IMG/VR virus record: IMGVR_UViG_3300044693_000247
Coordinates: 1 to 64,000 of that record
Reading direction: 5' to 3' (one strand)
DNA from: a virus
Lineage: Duplodnaviria; Caudoviricetes
DNA length: 64,000 nucleotides
Shown here piece by piece: positions 8,622 to 18,608 of this stretch (its first letter is position 1; each line of letters opens with the position of its first letter). The translations under genes were made by a program, and so were the position numbers. The notes under the pieces were generated by a model, which made no database searches, had not been told where the DNA came from, and saw nothing but the letters and a program-made list of their open reading frames with translations.

Positions 8622-10390
8622 CCGTCTTCCTTGTGCCCTTCGACCTGGCGCAGCCGCTCCACCGCCTGCGCCTTTGTCGCGTATGGGCCGCCTAGGTGCT
8701 TCTCGCCGCTCTCCGAGTAGACGTGCCAGCCGTCGGACTTCTCGATGATGCGATCGGAGGCCGACACGTCGTCCTGCGCGCGCGCGCCGCGCGTCTGCTT
8801 GGCCGTGGCGGCGGGAGCCGCCTTCGTGCCCGGCGTTGTTGCCACCGGCTTCGCCGCCGTTCCAGGAGCCCCGCCCGGTGATCCTGGTCCGGCCGGCGGC
8901 GGCTCGATCTGCTGCGCGAGTTCCTCCGCCATTTCGACGTCCTCTTCTTCCATGGTGCGATACGTGCCGGAGTCCTTGAGCTCGCGCGCGACCCCGCCCT
9001 CGGTGAGCACAGCGGTCTGCAGGTAGATCTGGTCGCGCTGCGCGCGCGTCAACTCGATCTTCGCGCGATCGACGTCGCTGACCTGCCACAGCGGCTTGAA
9101 CTTGAACGCGAACTTCTTCGGCATGCGCCCGAGAGCGGAGCGCACGAGCACATCGTAGAGCCGAGCCAGCGGCTTGCGCAGGTGCGTCCGCTGCTTCGCC
9201 GCGACGTGATCGTAGTAGTTGCGGATATCGGCGTCACCGGTCGCGTTCAGGCCAGGCGCGCTCTGGCCAAATAGCCGCGTCATCGGGATGTCGGCAGCTC
9301 CGCAGACATCGACCATGAAGTTGACCAGAACGTTGTTGAGTCCGGAGAACGACGTCGTCTTCTGCTGGTACTCCTCGGTCTCCTTGTCGAGCAGCACAGA
9401 TCGGTTGATCGACTTCATAGCCGCCATCGCGGCGTAGCGGGCCTGAACGGTCGCCGTGCCGTTGTTGCTGGAGAGCATCTCGGCCAAGCCCGCCGACTTG
9501 AAGATGTCGACGTTCGCCTCCCAGATGAGCGACGCGATCCCGTTCGTGGCCGTGTCGTAGTTCTTCACGGTGTCGAGCACGGGTACCAGTTCGCTGGCGT
9601 GCCAGTAGCCGTTCTGGAGCCACAGCATCTTCGGCAGTCGCAGGCCGTCGAAGCGAACGATCCGCGTCCAGTGTGCGCGAGCCTGCTGACCGCCCGGATC
9701 GCCGACCATGTAGAAGAGCGGCATGCCGTAGTTCTTCGAGGAGGTGTCGCGGTCGATCTCGCCCGTCGGCGAGCACCACCAGCGATCGAGCACGATCAGG
9801 GACTCCAGCGACCCCTTACGGACGTTTTCCGGGATGAGCGGCTTCGACCAATCCCGGTCGCCTCGGATCGCCATCAACACAACTGACCCGCCGTAGAGCC
9901 GGCTCCACAGCAGCGCCTCATTCGCGGAGCCTTGCAGATCGACGTCGATCTCGGCGTCTTCGAGCGTCTGCGCGTTGTTGACGTCGTCGTCGTATCCGTC
10001 CCAGCTCACCGATACCCACTCGCGCGTCATGTCGTCGGCGACTGTCGAGACGATGCGCTTCGCCAGCCACGACCCGAAGTACATCGCCTCGAGGTCGAAC
10101 CGCGTGGGATGGACCGGAACGTCGTAGGCCGAGAAGAAGCGCTTGTCGCGCGACGTGGCACCGAGGCCGGCCACCAGGTTGGTGAGGCCGTCGGCGGATG
10201 CCAGCGTGAAGCGTGAGCGAGCGGCGGCGTCCTGTGCGTGGGCGCGCAGTAACTCCTTCAGCTCGGCGGTCGATGTCGTGGATGCGAGGTGGAATCCGCC
10301 GTCGGTTGTCGTGCGGCGCGCGCGTTGCGCCAGCGCAGTGGTGACGGACTTGACCTGGCGACCCTTGGTTCCCTTCGGAGTTCGGCTCAC
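8618..10390 (-). CDS. Portal protein (DUF1073 type), inverted relative to the head operon
   Basis: YFGSWLAKRIVSTVADDMTREW, SRLYGGS, GAADIPMTRLFGQSAPGLNATGDADIRNYYD motifs. Confidence 0.92.
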   Translation of the reverse strand: MSRTPKGTKGRQVKSVTTALAQRARRTTTDGGFHLASTTSTAELKELLRAHAQDAAARSRFTLASADGLTNLVAGLGATSRDKRFFSAYDVPVHPTRFDLEAMYFGSWLAKRIVSTVADDMTREWVSVSWDGYDDDVNNAQTLEDAEIDVDLQGSANEALLWSRLYGGSVVLMAIRGDRDWSKPLIPENVRKGSLESLIVLDRWWCSPTGEIDRDTSSKNYGMPLFYMVGDPGGQQARAHWTRIVRFDGLRLPKMLWLQNGYWHASELVPVLDTVKNYDTATNGIASLIWEANVDIFKSAGLAEMLSSNNGTATVQARYAAMAAMKSINRSVLLDKETEEYQQKTTSFSGLNNVLVNFMVDVCGAADIPMTRLFGQSAPGLNATGDADIRNYYDHVAAKQRTHLRKPLARLYDVLVRSALGRMPKKFAFKFKPLWQVSDVDRAKIELTRAQRDQIYLQTAVLTEGGVARELKDSGTYRTMEEEDVEMAEELAQQIEPPPAGPGSPGGAPGTAAKPVATTPGTKAAPAATAKQTRGARAQDDVSASDRIIEKSDGWHVYSESGEKHLGGPYATKAQAVERLRQVEGHKEDG

Positions 10391-10420
10391 CTGCTCACGG
10401 TGGCCCCGAACGGTGCGCCA

Positions 10421-10615
10421 CTAAATTTTCGCGGGCTGCGGCTCGGACAGTGACACGCCCAGCTTCTTCAATTCGTCCAAGAAGCGCTCGCGACCTGATG
10501 GACGCGTGGGCAAGCCGGCGATGATCCGCTTCGCGGTCTTGATGTCGATGTCGGCCAGGGCGGCGGCTCGTCGAACCTTGCGCACTGGAATTGATGCGGG
10601 AAGTTCCGTTGTCAT
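10421..10615 (-). CDS. Small HTH/Cro-like protein upstream of the portal gene
   Basis: 64 aa, VRRAAALADIDIKTAKRIIAG HTH-like pattern; ATG at 10615. Confidence 0.55.
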   Translation of the reverse strand: MTTELPASIPVRKVRRAAALADIDIKTAKRIIAGLPTRPSGRERFLDELKKLGVSLSEPQPAKI

Positions 10616-10624
10616 GTGGGAACT

Positions 10625-10653
10625 AGAGTAATCACGCGGGATGATTCCAAGAA
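10625..10653 (-). promoter_or_regulatory. Candidate sigma70-type promoter for the HTH-portal unit
   Basis: TTCTTG-N17-TACTCT on the minus strand within an AT-rich divergent gap. Confidence 0.35.
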
Positions 10654-10691
10654 AATAACGCCACCGTCGTCCGGCTTCTTTCACCGTAACC

Positions 10692-11594
10692 GTGGGTCGG
10701 CACCATGGACCCGTGGCCCACCTCCACATTGCCCATCTCGCCGCACTACATCCGCGCGTGCAGCGGATGCGCAAGCGAGTGGGCCGTCGCCTGCGTCCGG
10801 TGCGACCATCGCGGGCGAACGAACTGTGGTACCGGGCGCAGCTCGGTCACATCGTCGCGGAGTTGCGGAAGTCCGGAGCCGAGATCGCCGACGAGCTTCG
10901 GCCGACCTGGCCAAGGGTCGAGGACGAGAGGGCACCCGCGCTTCCGGCGATCCTGGCTCGTATCGCGGACCGCTTCGGAAACATCGGCGCGGTTGCCGAG
11001 CGCCTGGCGGAACTGGCCGTCCGCAAGAACCTGGACGCAGTCGACGAGCGCCTCGGTGATGAGATCCGAAACGCTGTCGGCATTGACATCCGGCCGGTGC
11101 TCACCGGGCACGGCCCGATCGCCGAGAAGATGCGCGAGGCCGCGCGTGCCAACGTCGAGCTGATTACCTCGATCCCGGCGCAGCACTTCGACCTCGTGCG
11201 CGAGGCCGTGGATCTGGTGTGGTCGACGGGAACGCGCTGGGAAGCGCTGGCCGACCGCATCCGCGAGATCGGCGACATCACCGACCGCCGCGCCCGGATC
11301 ATCGCGCGCGACCAGACCGCGAAGATGAACTCCTCGTTCAACGAGGTCCGCCAGCGGGACCTCGGCATCGAGCGGTACACCTGGTCCGGGGCGCTCGACC
11401 AACGCGAACGAGCCTCGCACCGGGCCATGGAGGGCAGCACGCAGCGCTGGGACGCCCCGCCCGAGGTGGACGGGGAGCGCGTGCATCCGGGGCAGGCGAT
11501 CCTGTGTCGCTGCGTCGCGATCCCGCTCTTGGATCTCGAGCGGCTGGAGGAAGCCGCGGCGGCCGTCGTGCCGGAGGAGGCCGTTGCGGCATGA
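10692..11594 (+). CDS. Minor head / head morphogenesis protein (SPP1 gp7 / Mu F-like)
   Basis: RARIIARDQTAKMN...YTWSGALDQRERASH...HPGQAILCRC; start may instead be ATG 10767. Confidence 0.9.
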   Translation: MGRHHGPVAHLHIAHLAALHPRVQRMRKRVGRRLRPVRPSRANELWYRAQLGHIVAELRKSGAEIADELRPTWPRVEDERAPALPAILARIADRFGNIGAVAERLAELAVRKNLDAVDERLGDEIRNAVGIDIRPVLTGHGPIAEKMREAARANVELITSIPAQHFDLVREAVDLVWSTGTRWEALADRIREIGDITDRRARIIARDQTAKMNSSFNEVRQRDLGIERYTWSGALDQRERASHRAMEGSTQRWDAPPEVDGERVHPGQAILCRCVAIPLLDLERLEEAAAAVVPEEAVAA

Positions 11595-12892
11595 CCCTCC
11601 GAACGCTCACGGCCTGGGATCGGATGGACCTGCCCACGCAGCGGACCATCACCGACGAGGGCTATCTCATCGCCCCGGGCAATCTCGCTCGGATTGGGAT
11701 CCAGACATACAGCGCGGGCGAACTGGGCATCGACTCTCTGCCGGCCAACAAGCCGATCCGCCTGCACCGGCCGGCCGAGGAGGTGTTCTCGCAGGCGGCC
11801 ATGACGACGTTCGAGGACGCGCCGATCACGGTGAATCACCCGCCTGCCGGCGTGAACGCGGAGAACTTCCGCGACCTCAGCGTGGGCCACGTGCGGGATG
11901 TGCGCCGCGACGGCGACCACCTCGCCGGCAAGCTGATCATCCGCGATCTCGGCGCCGTGAAGGCGGTCCAGGAGGGCAAGAACCAGCTCTCGAACGGCTA
12001 CCAGTTCGACCTGGACATGACGCCTGGGCACACGGCCGACGGACTGCCGTACGACGGCGTGCAACGGAACATCCGCGGCAATCACGTCGCGATTGTCGAC
12101 TACGCGAGAGGCGGCGAGCGCTGCCGCATTGCGGACAGCCAACCGAAAGGACACGACAACATGAGCACGCAGAAAGTGAAGATGTACGACGGGTTCTCGA
12201 TCGACCTCGACGCCGTGATCGCGCCCGCCGTCCAGGACGCCGTCGACCGCCACATGAAGGCGCTCAAGGACGCCCGCGACGCCTACGACGGCATGAAGAC
12301 GACCTGCGACGGGCACAAAGCCCGCGCCGACGAGGCCGAGGCGAAGCTGGCCAAGCTGGACGCCGACTCGAAGAAGAAGATCGGCGATGCTGAGGCCGAG
12401 ATCGCCAAGCTCAAGGCCGACGCGAAGACCCCGGATCAGATCAACGCCATCGTCGAGGGGCTCGCGCAGGAGCGCGCCAAGGTCATCGGCGACGCGGCCG
12501 AGATCCTGGGCAAGGACTTCGACTCGAAGGGCAAGAGCGTGACGCAGATCCGGATCGCGGCACTCGACGCCGTGATCGCGAACGACGAGGCCCTGAAGCC
12601 GATCGCAGCGGCGGCCCTGGGCGGCGCGGAGCCGGCGAAGGCCAAGGAGGACGTCGCCCGGCTCGCGTTCGACGCCGTGGTCGCCGCGCGCGCGACGCGC
12701 GTGAACGACCAGCACGCCGACGACGGCGCCTCGAGCGTCAACGACGCTGCGGACGCGATCGCCGACGGCCATCGGCAGTCGGGTGCCCCGAAGCGCACCG
12801 CGGACGGCAAGCCGAAGCTGGTCGGCCGCGCGCTGATGATGCACCGGGCGGCCACCGGCTACTACGCCAAGCCCGAGAGCCAGCAGCAGTAA
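11591..12892 (+). CDS. DUF2213 head maturation protease/scaffold
   Basis: TDEGYL...ARIGIQTY, LHRPAEEVF, PITVNHP, LSNGY, GNHVAIVDYARGG; coiled-coil C-terminus. Confidence 0.9.
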   Translation: MTLRTLTAWDRMDLPTQRTITDEGYLIAPGNLARIGIQTYSAGELGIDSLPANKPIRLHRPAEEVFSQAAMTTFEDAPITVNHPPAGVNAENFRDLSVGHVRDVRRDGDHLAGKLIIRDLGAVKAVQEGKNQLSNGYQFDLDMTPGHTADGLPYDGVQRNIRGNHVAIVDYARGGERCRIADSQPKGHDNMSTQKVKMYDGFSIDLDAVIAPAVQDAVDRHMKALKDARDAYDGMKTTCDGHKARADEAEAKLAKLDADSKKKIGDAEAEIAKLKADAKTPDQINAIVEGLAQERAKVIGDAAEILGKDFDSKGKSVTQIRIAALDAVIANDEALKPIAAAALGGAEPAKAKEDVARLAFDAVVAARATRVNDQHADDGASSVNDAADAIADGHRQSGAPKRTADGKPKLVGRALMMHRAATGYYAKPESQQQ

Positions 12893-12925
12893 CCGCCAAC
12901 CACCACACGCAACGAGGAGAACCAC

Positions 12926-13444
12926 ATGTCCCTTCCCACCCTCACCACGGTCGGCGGCTCGCTCCTGAACGCCGGCTACGCGGGCCAGATCGCCGACGGC
13001 GAGGAGGCCCAGGTCTCGAGCTTCACGAACACGGGCTCGACCGCCATCGACTTCGGGATCGCGGTCGTGCGCGACACCGCCGACGGATCCTGCAAGGTGA
13101 TCGCCGCCGACACCGACCAGATCCTCGGCATCACGGTGCGCAACCCCCTGTTCCCAGCCACCGCCGACGGCAACAACACCGTGAAGTACAACCAGTACAG
13201 CTCGGTGCCCGTCATGCGCGACGGCGTGATCTTCGTTACCGCCGCCGAGAACGTCCGCCGCGGCGACCAGGCGCTGATCCTCACGGCCTCGGGAGGAACG
13301 ATCGGCGGCTCCGAGGGCGGCGCCGCCGGCTCGGGGCGCGTGGCGTTCCCCGGCATGAACGCCGTCTGGCTCGACACCACGGCCTCCGGCTCCGTGGGCC
13401 GCGTCCAGATCAAGACCACCGGCACGGCGCGGACCACCACCTGA
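12926..13444 (+). CDS. Capsid decoration / cement protein
   Basis: Position between protease and major capsid; IDFGIAVV, VPVMRDGVIFV motifs. Confidence 0.8.
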   Translation: MSLPTLTTVGGSLLNAGYAGQIADGEEAQVSSFTNTGSTAIDFGIAVVRDTADGSCKVIAADTDQILGITVRNPLFPATADGNNTVKYNQYSSVPVMRDGVIFVTAAENVRRGDQALILTASGGTIGGSEGGAAGSGRVAFPGMNAVWLDTTASGSVGRVQIKTTGTARTTT

Positions 13445-13468
13445 TCCACCCCTCGAAGGAGACCTGAA

Positions 13469-14572
13469 ATGGAAACGACCCGCACTGTCATGGTCGCCGA
13501 CGAGGCGACGGGCCAAATGATCCAGGCCGAGGTGGATCTCGACCGCTACACCGCGCTCGACAACTGGGCGCGCGGCAAGGCGGCGGAGCTGCTCGGCCAG
13601 CCGTCCGACGCGATGTCGTACGTCGGCCGCCGCGTGGCCGGCCGCGACGCCCAGGAGGCGCTCGCCTTCCTGGTCTCGCAGCTCGCCTACACCGAGCAGG
13701 GGCTCTTCGAGCGCTACTACCGGCCCACGCAGTACGACAAGTTCCTGGCCGGCTGCATCGACTACTCGGCCGGAGAGCACGCGCAGACGATCGAGTACGA
13801 GATCTACGACCGCGTCGGCAACGCGCAGGACACCGACAGCGCGGCCGACGACATGCCGACTGTGGACGTCGGGTACGCTCGCAAGAGCTTCCCGGTCGTC
13901 CACGCGACCGTCGAGTACCAATTCACGCAGCAGGAGCTCCGGACGACCGCGTTCCTGCGGCGTCCGCTGCCCGAGCGGCGTCTGGCGGCGGCCATGGAGG
14001 CGTACCAGCGCAAGCTGAACGCCGTGGGTCTGAAGGGGAACTCGGTGAAGAACATCACGGGCCTCTTCAATAACGCGAGTGTCACGGCCGCCAACCGGCC
14101 GAGCGGGCAGACCTGGAGCTCCAGCAACACGACCGCCGGCATCGTCAGCGACGTGGGCACGGGCCTCTACCAGACCTGGCTCGGATCGGCGTTCCAGACG
14201 GTCGCCGACACGCTGCTGGTGCCGCCGTCGGCGTTCCAGTACATCAGCACGACGCCGTTCAACACCGCGAACGCGTCGAACGTCACGATCCTGCAGTTCC
14301 TCAAGCAGAACAACCTCTGCAAGGATCTCACGGGCCGCGATCTCACCATCGAGCCCGCGTACGACGCTGACACCGCGGGCAGCGGCAGCACCGGCCGCGC
14401 GATCTTCTACAAGCGCGACCCGCAGCAGCTCGTGATGCACATCCCGATGCCGCTGCGGTTCCTCGCGCCGCAGCTCGAGGGCGTGCGCGTGCGGGTGCCG
14501 GGCGAGTTCCGGTACTCGGGCGTCGAGGTCCGCCGGCCCACGGGCGCCTACTACATGGACGGGGTGCAGTGA
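13469..14572 (+). CDS. Major capsid protein (DUF2184 type)
   Basis: FLVSQLAYTE, ITGLFNN, ADTLLVPP, HIPMPLRFL, GVEVRRP motifs; strong RBS. Confidence 0.92.
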   Translation: METTRTVMVADEATGQMIQAEVDLDRYTALDNWARGKAAELLGQPSDAMSYVGRRVAGRDAQEALAFLVSQLAYTEQGLFERYYRPTQYDKFLAGCIDYSAGEHAQTIEYEIYDRVGNAQDTDSAADDMPTVDVGYARKSFPVVHATVEYQFTQQELRTTAFLRRPLPERRLAAAMEAYQRKLNAVGLKGNSVKNITGLFNNASVTAANRPSGQTWSSSNTTAGIVSDVGTGLYQTWLGSAFQTVADTLLVPPSAFQYISTTPFNTANASNVTILQFLKQNNLCKDLTGRDLTIEPAYDADTAGSGSTGRAIFYKRDPQQLVMHIPMPLRFLAPQLEGVRVRVPGEFRYSGVEVRRPTGAYYMDGVQ

Positions 14573-14874
14573 TGGTGACGATCGAGAACTACTCCGAGCG
14601 GCACATTCACTTCCTGCGCCCGCCGTCGGCCGAGGACAAGGACAAGGGCGTCGACCTGGCCAAACGCCAGATCACGTTCCCGCGCTCGACCGTGGAGCCC
14701 GGCGAGAACGGCAACGCAGCTCGCAAGCCGGGAATCACCGAGGTCTCGGACGAGGTATTCGCCGAGATGAAGAGCGATCGCGTCTCGCGGTCGTGGTTCG
14801 CGCCCGGCGTGCTGGTCGTGCGCGATCAGGCGGCTTCGGCCGCGCCGGCGCCCGAGGGGAAGCGCCGGCAATAG
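14569..14874 (+). CDS. Hypothetical head-associated protein
   Basis: Coupled ORF after the capsid gene. Confidence 0.7.
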   Translation: MMVTIENYSERHIHFLRPPSAEDKDKGVDLAKRQITFPRSTVEPGENGNAARKPGITEVSDEVFAEMKSDRVSRSWFAPGVLVVRDQAASAAPAPEGKRRQ

Positions 14875-14877
14875 ACC

Positions 14878-15228
14878 GTGACCCCGTCCGAGTTCAAGGC
14901 CGCCTTCCCGGCGTTCACGAACACGCCGGACCCGACGGTGCAGCGGCATATCACCGCCGCTGCACCGTACTTCGACGTCGATCGCTGGGGCGACTTCTAC
15001 TCGGACGGGATCGGGAACTTCGTCGCGCACAAGATCGCCATGGAGAACGCTGCCGCAGCCAATGTCGGAGCCGGGGACGCGACGCTGAAGCACGTCGGCA
15101 GCGTCATCGTGCAGCGCGACGGCAAGAACGTCGGCATGCAGATGCGCGATCCCTGGCTGCGAACGATCTACGGCCAGGAGTACCGCCGCCTCTCGCGCCT
15201 CATCGGCATGGGCGGGGCCGCGACGTGA
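14878..15228 (+). CDS. Head-tail connector (DUF4054-like)
   Basis: FKAAFPAF...VAHKI...TIYGQEYRRL. Confidence 0.85.
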   Translation: MTPSEFKAAFPAFTNTPDPTVQRHITAAAPYFDVDRWGDFYSDGIGNFVAHKIAMENAAAANVGAGDATLKHVGSVIVQRDGKNVGMQMRDPWLRTIYGQEYRRLSRLIGMGGAAT

Positions 15229-15707
15229 AGACGAACCTGCGCGTCGTGCGCGACACCCACGGGCGCGGCCTGCGAGAGCTCGCTGCGCGTCTTGCGTCCC
15301 AGCGTGTCCTGGTGGGCGTTCCGCGCGGCGCGGCCGAACAGGATGGGACGCAGATGTGGCAGGTAGCGGCGGCGAGCGAGTTCGGCGTACCGGAGAAGAA
15401 CATCCCGGAGCGCTCGTTCCTGCGCGCCGGCCTTCGCAAGTACCTGCCCGAGTTCGCGCGCGTGGCCCGGCTGGGCATGACGGCTGTCGTGCGAGGGGCG
15501 ATCGGAGAGGGCATCGCGCTTGGGCAGCTCGGGGCCGTGGCCGCCGGGTGGGTGAAGCGGTACATCGCCGAGGGCAGCTTCGCGCCCAACGTGCCCCGGA
15601 CGATAGCGCGCAAGGGATCGGACAGGCCGCTGATCGACACAGGATCGCTCCGCCAGTCGATCACCTGGAAGCACGACGACGGTTCCGAAGGCGAGGTCCC
15701 GCGGTGA
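15225..15707 (+). CDS. Neck / virion morphogenesis protein
   Basis: VLVGV, EFG...IPERSFLR, KGSDRPLIDTGSLRQSITW; GTG at 15225. Confidence 0.85.
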   Translation: MKTNLRVVRDTHGRGLRELAARLASQRVLVGVPRGAAEQDGTQMWQVAAASEFGVPEKNIPERSFLRAGLRKYLPEFARVARLGMTAVVRGAIGEGIALGQLGAVAAGWVKRYIAEGSFAPNVPRTIARKGSDRPLIDTGSLRQSITWKHDDGSEGEVPR

Positions 15708-16069
15708 TCGACGTGTCGGAAGTGATGCGCGATCCCGAGTTCACCTCGGCGATCACGCTGCGGCGGGAGGCGGGTGCCTACTCCACCGACCCGGCATCGA
15801 CCGGCGAGTGGACGCCGTCGTACGCGGAGACGCAGATCGTAGCCATCGTGCAGCCCGCCTCGCCTGAGGAACTGCTGCTGCTCGAGGAGGGCGAGCGCAA
15901 CAAGAACACGATCTCGGTGTGGTCGGTGTCCGAGTTGCGCGGAGGCGACGGCAAGCGCCAGCAGCCGGACGTCCTGATCGTCGATGGCCGCTACTACCGC
16001 GTGATCCGCGTGGAGCCGCGGCCCGACGGAAACTACTTCCGTGCTGTCGCGCAGGGGTACGTGCCGTGA
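15704..16069 (+). CDS. Head-tail adaptor / closure protein
   Basis: IDVSEVMRDPEF...IVAIVQPA...DVLIVDGRYYRV; synteny. Confidence 0.8.
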   Translation: MIDVSEVMRDPEFTSAITLRREAGAYSTDPASTGEWTPSYAETQIVAIVQPASPEELLLLEEGERNKNTISVWSVSELRGGDGKRQQPDVLIVDGRYYRVIRVEPRPDGNYFRAVAQGYVP

Positions 16070-16641
16070 TCGACCAGCTCAACCTGGCCATGCGGAACCT
16101 GCTCGTGGCGGTTCTGGGCGCGCCGCCGGCCACTGTGCGACCTGCGGATCAGACGGCACCGGCCGGCGGCCAGGTCGACGAGTTCATCACGGTCAAGATC
16201 ATGGACTGTCAGGGGCTCGGTGGCGCGCGCGACGTCGTGAGCGACGGCAGGGGCGGCTTCGTCGAGGAGATCCAGCAGGTCAAGCGCTTCACGGCGAGCG
16301 TCAACTTCTTCAAGACCGCCACCGCCGATCCCGCGAAGCGAGCACGGCGCAGCAACGCCGCCTTCGATCGGGCGGCGAGGCTCGAGCAACTGCTGCACCT
16401 GTCCGCCAGCATCGAGACCATGCAGGCCATGGGGCTCGGTCTGCTGGATGCGAGCGCCGCGCGCAACCTGGCCGCGCTCGTCGACGCCAACTGGGAGAGC
16501 CGAGGTCAGATCGATCTGACGTTCGACGTCATCAACCGCGAGGCGCTCCCGATCACCACGGTGGTCTCCGCGCCGGTGTCAATCACCGTGCAGGAAGGCG
16601 CCGTCGATGCAACCCGCAACTTCGAGGTGACCACGCCATGA
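16066..16641 (+). CDS. Neck / tail terminator protein
   Basis: Synteny immediately before the sheath gene; GTG at 16066. Confidence 0.75.
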   Translation: MIDQLNLAMRNLLVAVLGAPPATVRPADQTAPAGGQVDEFITVKIMDCQGLGGARDVVSDGRGGFVEEIQQVKRFTASVNFFKTATADPAKRARRSNAAFDRAARLEQLLHLSASIETMQAMGLGLLDASAARNLAALVDANWESRGQIDLTFDVINREALPITTVVSAPVSITVQEGAVDATRNFEVTTP

Positions 16642-18113
16642 CCCTTCCCGTCTCCGATATCGTCAAGGTCACGATCCTCGTCTCGCCGTCGGCTCCGGCC
16701 GTGCGCGGGTTCGGCGAGGGGTTCATTCTGGGCCTCAGCACCAGGCTCCCGCTCGAGGAGCGGATCCGCGAGTACACCTCGCTCAGCGGCGTGGCGGCCG
16801 ACTTCGCCACCTCCGACCAGGAGTATCTGGCCGCACAGGCGTGGTTCGGCCAGACGCCCGCTCCGTCGCAGCCGCTCGCGATCGGGCGGCGGTTCCCGAG
16901 CGGTGCCGCCGGTCACCTGCGCGGCAGCCCGTCGATCAGCTCGAACCTGGCGACGTTCACGGCGATCACCAACGGCGGATTCGACATCACCATCAACGGC
17001 ACCAACCACCAGATCTTCGCGCTGAACTTCGCCGCCGCGGCGAACATGTCGGCAGTCGCCGCGATCATCCAGACGGCGCTCAACGCGGCCCTGGCCGGGA
17101 CGACGTGCGTGTGGACCGGGACCTACTTCCTGATCACCTCGCCGACCACCGGGACGAGCTCGACCGTCGCCTTCGCCGCCGCGCCCACCGGGGGGAGCAG
17201 CCCCGTGGACGTGAGCGCGACCCTGGGCCTCACGCAAGCCGCCGGCGCGCTCAGCATCGCCGGCATCGCCGCCGAGTCGCTGACCGATTCGCTGAACGCC
17301 TCGGCGCTGTTCAACCCGAACTGGTACGGCTTCGCGCTCACCTCCGACGCCAGCACGCAGGACTTCAAGGACGCGATGGCGTTCGCGGAGGCCGGCGTGT
17401 ACCTGTTCTTCTACACGACCAACGATCCGAACGCTCTGATCGCGTCGGCCAACACCGACCTCGGCAGCTACGCGCAGGGCCTCGGATACAACCGGACGTT
17501 CGGCGTCTACAACAGCACCAGCCTCTACGCCGCCGTGTCCGCGATGGCTCGCCTGTTCGTCGTCGACTTCACCCAGCCGAACTCGACGATCACTCTTAAG
17601 TTCAAGCAGCTTCCCGGAATCAACATCGATACCCTCACGGAGTCGCAGCGACTGGCGCTCGACGGGAAGAACCTCAACTTCTACACCTCGTTCGGCGGGT
17701 TCGCGATGATCGCCGAAGGCGAGGTGGCCAACGGCCGCTTCGTCGACGAGGTCCAGGGCCTCGACTGGCTGCAGGCGTTCGTTCAGAACGCGATCTTCAC
17801 CGTGCTGACGACCACGGTGACGAAGGTGCCGCAGACCGACAGAGGATCGGCGCGGCTGGTCCAGGCTGCCGACGTGGCGCTCGCACAGGCGCGCTCGAAC
17901 GGCCTCCTCGCCCCGGGGACGTGGACAGGAGAGGACGTAGGCCAGGTGAAGTCGGGCGACTTCCTGGACAAGGGCTACTACGTGTTCGCGACGCCGGTCG
18001 CGCAACAGTCGGCGTCAGACCGCGCCGCGCGCAAGGCGCCTCCCATCACCGCGATCGGAATCGGCGCCGGTGCCATCCAGAGCGCCAACGTCGAGTTCAT
18101 CTTCCAGCGATAA
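16638..18113 (+). CDS. Tail sheath protein (DUF3383)
   Basis: LPVSDIVKVTI, TLKFKQLPGI, GRFVDEVQGLDWL, KVPQTDRG, RAARKAPPI. Confidence 0.93.
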   Translation: MTLPVSDIVKVTILVSPSAPAVRGFGEGFILGLSTRLPLEERIREYTSLSGVAADFATSDQEYLAAQAWFGQTPAPSQPLAIGRRFPSGAAGHLRGSPSISSNLATFTAITNGGFDITINGTNHQIFALNFAAAANMSAVAAIIQTALNAALAGTTCVWTGTYFLITSPTTGTSSTVAFAAAPTGGSSPVDVSATLGLTQAAGALSIAGIAAESLTDSLNASALFNPNWYGFALTSDASTQDFKDAMAFAEAGVYLFFYTTNDPNALIASANTDLGSYAQGLGYNRTFGVYNSTSLYAAVSAMARLFVVDFTQPNSTITLKFKQLPGINIDTLTESQRLALDGKNLNFYTSFGGFAMIAEGEVANGRFVDEVQGLDWLQAFVQNAIFTVLTTTVTKVPQTDRGSARLVQAADVALAQARSNGLLAPGTWTGEDVGQVKSGDFLDKGYYVFATPVAQQSASDRAARKAPPITAIGIGAGAIQSANVEFIFQR

Positions 18114-18124
18114 GGAGCTGACCC

Positions 18125-18604
18125 ATGAAGGCGTATTCGTTCCTCAACACCGTCGTCGTGCTGAGCTGCCCGGCGCTGGGTCCGCACGAGGTGACGGACT
18201 GGGCAGACGGCGATGACACCATCGAGATCACCAGGCTCAACGACTCGGCCAGCCACAAGGTCGGTGCCGACGGAAAGATGGTGGTCGCGCTGAGCGCCGA
18301 CAAGTCGGGCTCGTTCAAGTTCAAGGTCTGGCAGACGAGCCCGACCAACAAGTACCTCAACGACGCCCTCCGCCTGCAGGAGGCCGGCGCGGAGACGTTC
18401 CAGCCGATCTCGGCGCTGTTCCAGGACACCTACCGCCAGGACACCGGCACAGGGACGTTCGGGTACATCAAGAAGCTGGCCGACATCCCGCGCGGCATGG
18501 GCGTGAACGCGCAGGAGTGGGAGATCGTCGTCGAGCGCCTAGACATGCTCCTGGGGAACCCGGATTTCGTCGGGTTCGCCACCGTCGCGGCGGAGGCGCA
18601 GTAA
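18125..18604 (+). CDS. Tail tube protein (DUF3277-like)
   Basis: KAYSF...GADG...DKSG...LQTSPTN-like pattern; follows the sheath gene. Confidence 0.85.
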   Translation: MKAYSFLNTVVVLSCPALGPHEVTDWADGDDTIEITRLNDSASHKVGADGKMVVALSADKSGSFKFKVWQTSPTNKYLNDALRLQEAGAETFQPISALFQDTYRQDTGTGTFGYIKKLADIPRGMGVNAQEWEIVVERLDMLLGNPDFVGFATVAAEAQ

Positions 18605-18608
18605 GGCG

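Noticed and set aside
8618-10390. Portal as an anti-CBASS Acb1 protein (a label sometimes given to DUF1073 proteins)
   Set aside because: No 2H-phosphoesterase domain with paired HxT/S motifs is evident; the extension is a Pro/Ala linker plus a short head-associated domain.
10847-14440. 1197-aa minus-strand ORF and many other long antisense ORFs (e.g. 16506-18005, 30520-32148, 42337-43833, 51619-53253)
   Set aside because: These are shadow frames of well-supported genes on the opposite strand, typical of high-GC DNA, with no recognisable motifs.
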